Assembly (NCBI GenBank): GCA_051294375.1
Contig: CM119266.1
Coordinates: 2,907,812-2,971,811 of the forward strand
Reading direction: 5' to 3'
From: Paraspadella gotoi
Taxonomy: Eukaryota; Animalia; Chaetognatha
DNA: 64,000 nucleotides
The position numbers were made by a program, and so were the translations under genes. The notes under the pieces were generated by a model. That model was given only the letters and a program-made list of their open reading frames with translations, had not been told where the DNA came from and did no database searches. This document shows, piece by piece, positions 1 to 10,541 of this stretch. Each line of letters begins with the position of its first letter. Within the stretch, counting starts at the first letter, position 1.

Positions 1-1
1 A

Positions 2-157
2 AAGCCTCATCCGCCAAGCACTCAATTACAAGAACCCGGCCCAGAGAAAGCAATGCCTCAATGGCTCAAGCACGCCCTTCTATACGGAGTTGCGGCCTTA
101 TTCTTCATCGCAATGCTCTCGAATGTCATGCATCAGGGAAAGGACGAAGCGGAGTGA
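2..157 (+). CDS. Possible 3' end of an upstream gene with a C-terminal transmembrane segment
   Basis: Open frame from the window edge: KPHPPSTQLQEPGPEKAMPQWLKHALLYGVAALFFIAMLSNVMHQGKDEAE*, with a hydrophobic helix followed by AT-rich sequence. No homology recognised. Confidence 0.3.
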   Translation, partial: KPHPPSTQLQEPGPEKAMPQWLKHALLYGVAALFFIAMLSNVMHQGKDEAE

Positions 158-325
158 AACAAGCAAAGCAAGCAAGGATACCAGCCAAGCGAAGAGCGAG
201 TTGACAGAATGAATACGAAAAAAAAAGATGAAGAGGGGAATATTTGTGATAAAATAAATGTTAATTGAGATGAGATAAAGATAATCTTAAAATTGAAGAC
301 GCGCTTGATAACAATCGTACGACAT

Positions 326-397
326 GGCGCAGTGGCCAAGCGGTAAGGCGTCGGTCTCGTAAACCGAAGATCACGGGTTCGAACCCCGTCTGTGCCT
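326..397 (+). tRNA. tRNA-Thr(CGT)
   Basis: Acceptor stem GGCGCAG/CTGTGCC; anticodon arm TCGGT-CTCGTAA-ACCGA; T arm ACGGG-TTCGAAC-CCCGT; followed by an oligo-T Pol III terminator. Confidence 0.95.
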
Positions 398-753
398 CAT
401 TTCTTTTTTTTTTAAATCATCAAAATTACAAAATGTCGTTCAAATCAAAACCTATCAGTATCAGTATCAGTATCACTTGACCTTGGGGGAAAAAAAAAAA
501 GTTTTAGTTTAGGAAATACAGGAAGGTCCAGCTCATTTGAGACTAACTTCAAGTTCTTACAGCACAGAAACGGTTAACGATAAAAGAAAAACGGGATCAT
601 ATTTAGAAACTCGGCTAATTTCTCGGGTTTAAATTTGAAACTAGAAAAACGAGTTGAAAAATTACAGGATTTTAATTTTTATTCTCGTCGAATTCATTTG
701 GGATTTTTCATCTCGAAAGGAAATTTAATTTTACCCTTTTAAACTTAAAGAAA

Positions 754-3700
754 ATGTCATCCATCAACGTTTGCCTGATCGGAGCAGGCGTTTCGGGTTG
801 CGCCTTTTTGAGCCACTTTGCTCGCCTGCAGCGAGAGGACGCCGCCTCCGACTCCACCGTCACCTGCTTCGAGAAGCAACGTGACTGGGGCGGGATGTGG
901 AATTACGACTGGCGCACCTCTGTGGACGAGTTTGGTGAACCCGTCCACTGCAGCATGTATAGACACTTGTGGACGAACGAGCCTAAGGTGTTGATTAGTG
1001 AGTTATTGATTAACCGGATTAAATTCTAGTAACGATGCAAATACTTATCAAAAGTTTTCTATATATAGTTAAAAAAAAAAAACAAACGGGAAAAATATTA
1101 ATTATCAATTACGCATTATTTTTCTTTTTTTTTTGCGGGGGGGGGGTTTAAAAAGAAAATTAATATAATATTTTTCGCCGACTATTTACCAATTCAAAAT
1201 TTACTCGGGTGTCCCAACTCGAGGAAGTGATGGAGTTCTCCGACTACACCTACTCTGACCACTTCGGACGAGCCATTCCGAGCTTCCCCCCTCGCGCCGT
1301 TGTCACCGATTATCTCAAGGCCAAGTGGGAGAAGGACGGGATTCGTCGCTTTGTGCGATTCGGTCACGTGATCAGGAGGGTGGAATACGACGAAAAACGA
1401 GGCGAATTCGTTGTCGTCGTCAAGGTTGGAAATCGGATTCGTATGTCTGTCTCTATTTATACATTATTAATTTCTGCCTATAGAATTAACGAAAAATATT
1501 AAATATTTCCATTCATTCAATAATCATTTATTTACTTTGCTCTTTTCATTAATGAGTAAATCCATAAATTTCGTTCATTAATTCTGAAGAGACAGTGATA
1601 ATTGATAAGTGTTAATGACAGAACCGTTCAATATAAGCAGTCCCTGAGCTTCGGATCAGGCTGTAACACCATGTTACAGGCGGGTTAAGCGCCCCGTCCC
1701 TCTTAACTGCTAGGCGGCCACCGGGCTAGAATGACCAATGACCACTGATGAACGGTTGGTGGATTTTGGTCCACCATACATCCCCCCCTCCCATAGGGAG
1801 AAGTCTGTTGCGTCTCTTCAGTGAATTGTTGGTGGAAAGTTCGTCACCAAGTTGAGGCATGTCGCCTGATGTGTTGTGGGCGGAAAGTGCATCGCCAGGT
1901 TGAGGCATGTCGCCTGAAAGTGTTGTTGTTGCTGTTGTGTTCGGAAGTCGGGCTCACCAATGAAGAGACAGTGATAATTGATAAGTGTTAATGACAGAAC
2001 CGTTCAATATAAGCAGTCCCTGAGCTTCGGATCAGGCTGTAACACCATGTTACAGGCGGGTTAAGCGCCCCGTCCCTCTTAACTGCTAGGCGGCCACCGG
2101 GCTAGAACCCCGGACCTTTGGGTTGGGAGGCGAATGACTTGCCTCCGGCACCAATGACCGCTGATGAACGGTTGGTGGATTTTGGTCCACCATAATTCAT
2201 TTAAGTCTTTAACTATTGTAATTCATTTATCATTCAGGTGGTCATTTTCTTCACATATTCATTTAATAATAAACTTTTTCAATAATTTACTGAATTTTTA
2301 AATTCATACACGCTTTCTTGTATTTATTCATTCATGCATTCCTTTATTAATCATTCTGTCACTTAATTCATTTATCCTTACATCCCGCCCATCAGGATCT
2401 AATCTCCGACGCCGATCTTCCTCCACTCCGGTTCTCCCACGTCGTGGTCGCCTCCGGTCACCACTCCGTTCCCAACGCCCCTTCCTTCACCGGAGTGGAA
2501 ACCTTTCCCGGTCGAGTCCTTCATTCCCACGAGCTACGCGACTTCGCCGACTTAACCGACAAGTCGGTCCTCGTTGTGGGCGGTAATCCGTCGGCCCATG
2601 ACTCGGCCCTTCAGTGCTTGAAGTTCGGGTCGCGAAAGATCGTCGTCTCCAGCCGATCGCGGAACTGGGTCGATAGAATGGTAATAGTATTGAATAAAAA
2701 ACAGAAGAGCAACAAAACGAAAGAGATCGAATAAGATGTTAATCATTTTGAGTGAGATTGACTTCCTCAATCTCATTTGCATATTGTCGTGTTTTGACCT
2801 AGACTAAAGTATGATATATATGGATAAATATGTTAACTGGTATGCTGGTAAACATCATCATGCTGCTAAATTTTTTTTTCACGAATTAGTTCTTAACATT
2901 TTACATGTTTCTATTTTTTATGAATTGGTACAACCAATTGAAAATTATCCATTCATTTAATAAATAAATCAGCAAGATAATATAGGATATAATATATATT
3001 ATATAATATATAATATAGCAGGTCCCTGCAAGCTTTCAATCAAGATTCTCTCACAGTCTCGTTTATTCACTCCTGATGCGTATTATTATTAATCATTGTT
3101 TATTTGATTTGTGCCTATTCTATTATCGTTTCCCTTTCAGCCCTGTGAGCATCGTGTGTCTATTATCATAGAAAGTACGTGTTTCAGTGTGAGTCCTATA
3201 TCAGTTGGCGTCCCCCGTTCTCTTGTGTATTCTTATTCACAGATCCTAAACAGTGGGCAACATTGTGGTCGACCGTGCCGTCCCGTGTGGTTAACTGACA
3301 ATGTGATCTACGCGTTAGAGGGTCTCGTGCTTCCCAAGCCCGGCCGGCGCCCGCCGGCATCGCCCACAACAATCCTCCTCTAACATACCAATGCATAAAT
3401 CTATTCCTTACAGGTGTGGCCCGAGGGCATGGAGTTGAAGCCGTTGTTGAAACGTTTCGATGGCAGGACGGCGGAGTTCGACGATGAATCGACGGAAGAG
3501 TTCGATGTTGTCATCTTTGCGACTGGATATTTGCATTCCTTTCCTTTTATGCAGGAAGGATTGAAGTTGAAGATGGGGAAGCAGAATAGGTGAGGGAGGA
3601 GGAGGAGGAGGAGGAGGGGGGAGGGGAAGAGAGAGAGAAAGCTAGAGAAAACCAGGAACGGTTATTCCAAGGTGTTGCGCCGAATTACTTTTCTTTTTAC

Positions 3701-6461
3701 TTATCTTTTCTTTAAAAAAAGGCGGTGCCAGAAGTTGCTTAGATTTGATTTTTAACAAATGAGCAACAAACTTTAGGCAAGTTATAAGCGTTTTTAACAT
3801 AAGTGGGACAGACCGACGGACAGACATACCGACCGACGGACCGACCGACCGAAAAGTGACTTATAGAGTCGCTCCACGAGTACTAGCGGCGCAACTAAAA
3901 AGAGAGAAAAAGATAGTAAGAAAATAAGAGAGACAGAAAAGTGACGTGTCATTTCATGAGATGTCATGTCGCCAAAAGAGAGTAAAAAAAAATTTAAAAC
4001 TACCGAAACTATTTTAAATTTGGTACAACCAATATAAAAAATATTCATTCATTCAATAAATAGTATTAAATAGTATTAAATAAATAAATAGTATTAAATA
4101 TGACTTTGGACAGGCGATGAATGGTTAAGTCTTCCGTCCCCCTTTTCAATCAAGACTATCTCACAGTCCATTGAGTTTATTTACAGGAGTATGATTAAAA
4201 ATTGGAAAATATCGATGCTTTTTGTTTTACTTTGAAATAAAACTCTTGCTCATTTGTTCTCCCATAATCAAGAATCACGTCGGGTCCGTTGCTTTACAAT
4301 CTCAGCCTCTTTCTCGGAGGCGGAGAACTGAAACTATTTTACCTCGGGATGGCATCCTTCATGGTCATGTCTTTCTTCGACGCATGCGCACTTTGGACGG
4401 CCAACGTCATTTTCGGTCGGTTCTCTTTGCCGACACCGGCGTACATGAAGGAGGAGGCGGAGAGGTGGTGTCGGGTTGAGGACGAAACCGAATTTGGGTT
4501 CCAGACGCTCATGAAGAAGGTATGACAACAACAACAAGAATAACAACAACAATCAGGAACCAATCTATCAGGGGGAAAGAGGGGTATATTATATAATAGT
4601 GATAAAAAGTATCTTTAAAATAGTAAAATAAAACATCTAACGATCGTATCATCGCAGGAGTATCAAGCCACCAAAAGCAAATCGGATCGGAGACTCGGGC
4701 GATCTCCGCGGAAATGGAATCGCCCAATCCTGATTGGTCAAGCATGGAACCGGAATCGACCAATTAGCTTGCAGAATCATTGGAACTGTAAATTTTACCC
4801 ACGTCGCCGATCCTCTTCCTTAGTTATAAATAGACTTAGCATGTTCTAGTTTCAGTAGTATTGATCAAGACTCCTGCGCGTGTCTCACCGTCACCTTTTT
4901 CTCAGAATAAAATCTCATCTTGATTTCGCCCCAAGAAATCCATGAGTTTTTCCTTAAATGTGGTGGCAGCGGTGAGATTCGAACCCACGCCTCCGAAGAA
5001 ACAATCCAAACTGCTAAAATACAGATCTGATCAAAAAAAGTTTAAACTTTGAACACCCTATTATCTCGCTTGTCTGCCGTTCTATTAATTAAAACTTGGG
5101 TTAATTTTAAAGCCAAGACAATTATATATGTGTTTTATTCGTTTACAACAATTAGTTGAAACAGTACATTCAAAAGGGCATACAGCATTACAGATAAACG
5201 CATAAATTATGTTTCTTTCGAGCCCATAACGAGGTTTCTAGTCAAAAGGATCAACATTTTGTCTTACATTTTACTTTTTATGTGTTTTTTTACCATGGAA
5301 ACTTCAAAACAGCTAACCTCCAAGATGATAGTTGTAATTGTTGAACTTTGGCACGCGGGTTTGTCAAGAGATAGGATCGCCAAACAGTTGAATTTCTCTC
5401 CAACTACCATCTGCAGAGTTGTCAAGAAATTTGAAGTAACTGGAGACCTTGGACGAGCTGTTGGAAGCGGGCGGCCTCGCATGGCAACGGATAGTGAGGA
5501 CGAGGACCTGAAAAGTTTTGCAATACAAGACCGTAAGGCTTCTGCAAACCATTTGAGAAAAAAATGGAGAGAAAGAGGAATTGTGGTCAGTCATCAAACA
5601 ATGAATAGGCGTCTTTTCATGGAGGATGGAGCTAATGGACACAAAGCGAAAACTACCCAAAAATGTCATGAGGAAAACGGGATCGAGGTGCTCGAAGGTT
5701 GGCCCGGAAACTCGCCTGACTGTAACATCATTGAAAACGTCTGGGAAAGGATGAAAAGGGACATTTGGCAGTACAACGCCATGACAGTTGACAAAATAAA
5801 GAAAATTGTAAAATGCATTTGGCGGGAGCTGAACCCTTCATTTTTGTGCAGCCTCTATGACTCTCTCCCTCATCGCATGGAAGCGGTGCTGGGAGCAAAT
5901 GGTGGTCCGACCAAGTACTAATTAACTGAGTCATAAAAAGTGTAATTTTCCTTCAAATAGCTAAATAATCTGCTTTTATCACTACTATTTTTTGAGCAGA
6001 TCTGTATGTAAATTGGATATAAAGACCTCAATCTAATTTTAAGTAAAACAAAAATACTAAAATCAACTACTATTAAGACAAAAATAAAAAAAAGATGAGA
6101 TTTAATAAATTTTAAATAAAAAAATGTATCTTTCATCAGTCCAGGCCAGCACATTTGGCAATAAACGGTCGCTACTAATCACGTATGAACTCACCCTTTC
6201 TCTCCAACTCCCATCACACTCTCACGACAGTTCGCCTTAATGGCTGAGATCAAATCCGCCAACGGCTCTGCCACCGACGACCTGGAGAGGATCGCCCAGT
6301 TGTACGCCTCCTTCGCCAAAGACTACAACAACAACCGAGTCACCTTTCGAGATCGAGGCTACACGTCTATTTACTCGGGCAAGATGGCGCCGCCGCATCA
6401 TACGCGATTCATGGAGGCGTTCGATGATTCCATGGAGGATTTCTTGAAGGCGGGAAATTGA
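754..6461 (+). CDS. Flavin-containing monooxygenase, bacterial trimethylamine monooxygenase (Tmm/mFMO)-like, 6 exons
   Basis: Phase-consistent exons 754-987, 1224-1424, 2396-2680, 3414-3589, 4273-4519, 6231-6461. Motifs: FAD GAGVSG; DWGGMWNYDWRT; SMYRHLWTNEPKEVMEF; FPGRVLHSHEL; NADPH-site GGNPSA; FATGY; C-terminal FRDRGYTSIYSGKMAPPHHTRFMEAFDDSMEDFL. AATAAA near 6663. Confidence 0.92.
1585..2194 (-). mobile_element. TRIM-type non-autonomous LTR element with a tRNA-like sequence inside the LTR (Helenus/Cassandra-like)
   Basis: Direct repeats at 1961-2194 and 1585-1780. On the minus strand the LTR ends TCTCTTCA and is followed by TGGTGAGCCCGAC (tRNA-Trp-type PBS). PPT GGGAGGGGGGGA precedes the TGTATGG start of the other LTR. 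ATTC flanks both ends. The 180-bp internal region shows no recognisable retroelement coding. Confidence 0.85.
3074..3385 (-). mobile_element. Candidate solo LTR
   Basis: Minus strand reads TGTTAG...AATAAA...CATCA; a more GC-rich 312-bp island that interrupts a dispersed repeat. No clear TSD. Confidence 0.35.
4645..4999 (+). mobile_element. LTR-like segment followed by a tRNA-Leu-complementary PBS extended to 39 nt
   Basis: TATAAA near 4825 and AATAAA near 4906, then TGGTGGCAGCGGTGAGATTCGAACCCACGCCTCCGAAGA (4961-4999), the reverse complement of a tRNA-Leu(AAG/TAG) 3' half including CCA. The 5' boundary is approximate. Confidence 0.6.
5022..6004 (+). mobile_element. Internally deleted Tc1-family DNA transposon in FMO intron 5
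   Basis: TA on both sides; TIRs CAGATCTGATCAAAAAAAGT and ACTATTTTTTGAGCAGATCTG; contains a transposase ORF. Confidence 0.9.
5295..5921 (+). pseudogene. Tc1-like transposase with in-frame internal deletion
   Basis: HTH region, GSGRPR linker and second HTH are fused directly to FMEDGANGH...WPGNSPDCNIIENVW...GGPTKY. The segment carrying the first catalytic Asp is absent. Confidence 0.85.
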
Positions 6462-9400
6462 GATTGTCGTCGTCTTTATGAGGTTCTCGTCGTTGTAGTC
6501 GTCGTCATTATAATCAATGTAATCGTCGTTGTTGTCATTATTATCGTTGTAATCGTCGTCGTTGTCATATTCGTCATCATCGTCGTTGTCATCGTCGTAA
6601 TTCGTAAAGCGATTTCTTATAAACTGCATCACCTCTTCGAGCAGTAGATTCATGTAGTATTAATAAATTTAGCTAGGAATAAACTAATCTGATTAATTAA
6701 TGATAATAAGTACATGAAAATTTTGTAATCTTAAAATTGGCGACGGGTTCGTATTTCTTTAGAATTTCTACAATAATGACATTTGTAATGGACAAGTTAG
6801 GTGGTATTTAAAATATTAATTTAAAATAAGTGGTATATAAAATATTCGCGTCCTAAAATGGTTTTAGAATTGAGTAAAAGAAATCTGTATGAGTGTCTCA
6901 CTCTCATTCTAGTTTGTTGAAGCAAGAATGTAGCCCCCTAAAAAAAAAAAATCAGAACAATAAAGTGCCATTTTGTTTTAAATGTAAAATTAAAATTTAA
7001 AATGTTACTAGGCCGAAAATATTCGAAAAAATAATGACAATGCTTATTTACAAAATATATTTGAATAATTGAATCTATTTTAAGAACCTAATTAAATGTA
7101 AACTATACCATAAGGCGTTAAAACTAAAACCATTTTCTTTTGATTGTTCTCTCTGAAAAGGATTTTCATAAAATAATTTATGAAATAAGTAACCTATAAC
7201 TGTATGTATAAAAAAATTGGTACAACCAATATATTCTATATTACATAGAAGTATGATTGATTTCAAAAGACAATTAGTACTGTTTTAACCAAACAGGAAG
7301 ACAAAAGTTTAAAGTTTAAAAAAATAAACAATGATAGTTAGACCGCAAGAATCCCGTAAATTGAGTAAAAATCGTTCTCTTCAGACTACAGTAATACGGT
7401 GTAATACGCAGGGCATTTAAAAGCCATGCGTATTTAAAATATGAGGAATATTTGTCATAAAATAAAGCAGACGAAGATCATTCGGAGAGGTATCTTTTAA
7501 CCACATTATATAAAAAACCAAAAAAATATAACCAATAATTTAAGCTTTTTAAGATTTTTAAGCATTAACGATCTATAAAATAGTTTGTTAATTGCTATAT
7601 AAATGTAAAAAATATAAAAAAATTTAAATATTTAATAATGAATATATTCATTAATCAAAACATGACTATTAATACGTTTGATATATTTAGGCTAATGTCA
7701 AAACCATTCATTTTGGATACATACCTCTCCGGCATACAGAAGGCTTCATATTATTAAATGAGGTACTGTGGAGTAGGGTGGAGTGATGAAAAGATTGAGT
7801 GATTGAACATTATTTTTTTGGACATATAATTAACGAATTTTAAATCTTTTAAAAATTTTTGTTTAGAATAACAGTATAGTAAATTCAATTATTTATGTAG
7901 TAATATATTTATATAATCATTAAATTTCAAAATAATTTTTTTTGATTTTTAAGAAAAAGGGTCATTCAATTCAACTTGCCAAAACTATGCGCCAAAAATT
8001 GCGAAGCTACAAATTCAGAAAGCTGAGCTCCTGGCGATTTCCGAAAATGTATTCACTTTAAGCATTTGATGCACATTCTACCCCATATTATATCGGTTTT
8101 AATTATATATAAAATAAAAGAAACCTATCTGAAGAGTTGCAGGTCAAACGAAAAGGCCAATCCATCTGATATTTTTTATGAATTTTTTATTACTGAATTA
8201 GAAAAATGTAATAGAGAGACATTTTTAAATTTCAACTTGTATCCTTGAAAATGAAACGTTTTTAAACTTTAACCCTGAATTCTTTCTAACTGGAACACGT
8301 TTATCAAAATGTCTCTCTATTACATTTTTACAAATGTTTTTAAGATTGCTCATCAAATTTTTAATTCAATATTATTGCAGTCGTCTAGGCTGCAACTCTT
8401 CAAATTCAGTTGTAGATTCATTGTAGCTCGAATTCTTTACCATCTATTAACTGAAGATTTTGTTCATGACTGGAAAACCCAACAGAGTAAGCAGATTAAT
8501 TGTTTAAATCTCCCCTTCTAAACTAACCCATACCGTGTTTTAACTTCTTACCTCAGAATTTTTTTAACAAACAGATTGAAAAACAAAATCTTTAAAAAAT
8601 GTGCTTACAGCCATTTAACTTAACAATTTTCTTATTTACTGATTTAAAAAAAAAATATTTAAAACACAATGTTGACATATAAAATAAAAACTTTTTTTGG
8701 TGATTACTGGTGATTACGATGTATTTATAAAATGTATTAGCTCTAATACATCAATGATACGTATTGTTATGCTGAATGATTTGCCTCTTAAGAACAGATT
8801 TGGATTCATCGTAACAAAATTAAGAAACTTAATAAAATATGTTATATGATATTTTTAATATTTTGACAGCAAAAAATTACTAAAACGTTTTAACGTTACT
8901 TACAGAGAATAAAAAATGTTTTATATTTTGATTCAACTTTTTTAAGAAGATCTTAAATTTTTATTTAAAAGTTTAAAAAAAATATTTTAAAAATTTATTA
9001 TTTTATAAGAATATTATTATAAATATATTGTATTTTTACTATTCTGTTCCCAAGACAATATGAGACAAAATATTTTTTTTACTAGATAATCATACTATCT
9101 TACGTCTAAATATCCTTGTTTGATCATTCAAATAAATTTTTTGTTCTTGAGTACTCCACTCTTACTGTGAGAGTCTGTACTGCGTGGACCAGAAAACCGT
9201 TCGGAAAAAAACTACTTGGACCAAATTCATTGAAATTTGGTATGAATGATCCCTATGTGTATACAAATAGAACTATCGAGGTGAATTTCAATATTTGACC
9301 CCTGAGCCGAGATATTTATAAACGTATTTATTACAACAAAAATATTAGTTTACCTTAATTTTCAGCTTCATGAACATCAGCGGTTGAAATTAGATTTAGA

Positions 9401-9512
9401 ATAAAAAGGGAAAATTGGAAGTAAAATGAATAATCATGCATCTTCATTGAAACTTTTAATTATAAAATGTTTTTTATATGTTTAAAACGTCAATGCACTT
9501 GATGCTACTAAA

Positions 9513-10290
9513 ACAAGTTTGAGCAAACAATGTCGGATCTGCCCACGATCATTATCGGTAATTAATTAATTATTAATTAATTAATAATTAATTCAAGTTA
9601 ATGAATTATTTAAATAATTAATAATTAATTTATTCAAGTTAATTATTTAATTAATTAGGCAATTAATTAATTAATTTGATCAGAAATGTTTGTTTTGATT
9701 GATTAATTGACTGATTAATTAATTATTGATTAATTAATTGACTAATTGATTAATTAACTGATTAATTATTTGATTAATTAATACATCTTGCATTTACATT
9801 TAAAATAAAAAGAAAAAAAAGCATAATCAATTAGTGAAATAGGTTCTTTGTTTTTTCTATTTAAACTCATTTCCACTCAAACGATTCCATTGAAACTTGA
9901 TTTCCAGTTTAATCACGAACTTTTCTACCCAAATACAAAATATCAAGTCAATCGCTCCATCTCATGAGTAATTGATGTTCAAATAGTGAAATAAATTTTT
10001 TATTTTTTCAATTTAAACTCATTTCCACTCGGACGATTCCATCGAAACTTCATATACAGCTCAATCACACACTTCCCTACCCACACACAAAATTTCATTC
10101 CAATCCATCCATCCAATCACGAGTAATTGATGTTTTTTGCTAAGGTGGGACGGACGGACGGACGGACAGACAGACAGACAGACGGACATTATTTTTTTAT
10201 AATTTATCATAATTCGATGTTTTGACATGATATAAGTGACTGCCCGACAATATTGAGGGGGCGACTGACAGACCGACGGATCGATAAAGA
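9513..10290 (+). mobile_element. DINE-1/Helentron-associated (HINE)-like non-autonomous repeat
   Basis: Starts ACAAGTTTGAGCAAACAATGTCGGATCTG, has a TTAATTGA-rich core, repeated TCAATCACACACTTCCCTACCCACA blocks and a GGAC/AGAC microsatellite. Related copies at about 12680-13117, 21101-21700 and 36522-36712 (-); end fragments at 10785-10812 and 20290-20318. Confidence 0.6.
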
Positions 10291-10344
10291 GTCGGGATCT
10301 GCTGAAAGTCATGCAGAGGCAGCCAGAAAAAAAGAAAGAAATCA

Positions 10345-10541
10345 AAAGGCAGCAGCAGAAGCAGCAGGAGAAAAGAGAGAAAAAGAAAGAGCCCCTGCAG
10401 AGCCAGCTGTAGACTCAAAAGGCAGCAGCAGAAGCAGCAGGAGAAAAGAGAGAAAAAGAACGAGCCCCTGCAGAGCCAGCTGTAGACTCAAAAGGCAGCA
10501 GCAGAAGCAGCAGGAGAAAAGAGAGAAAAAGAAAGAGCCCT
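10345..10541. repeat. Tandem repeat, about 72-bp unit x about 2.7
   Basis: AAAGGCAGCAGCAGAAGCAGCAGGAGAAAAGAGAGAAAAAGAAAGAGCCC is repeated; followed by ~21-bp AAAATGATGCAAGTTGAAA repeats to about 10730. Confidence 0.85.

Noticed and set aside
754-6461. FMO as bacterial contamination
   Set aside because: It has five spliceosomal introns, intronic eukaryotic transposons and repeats shared with the rest of the window.
6237-6653. Minus-strand Asp/Asn-rich ORF overlapping the last FMO exon
   Set aside because: Antisense to a conserved exon plus (GTC/GTT)n 3' UTR repeats.
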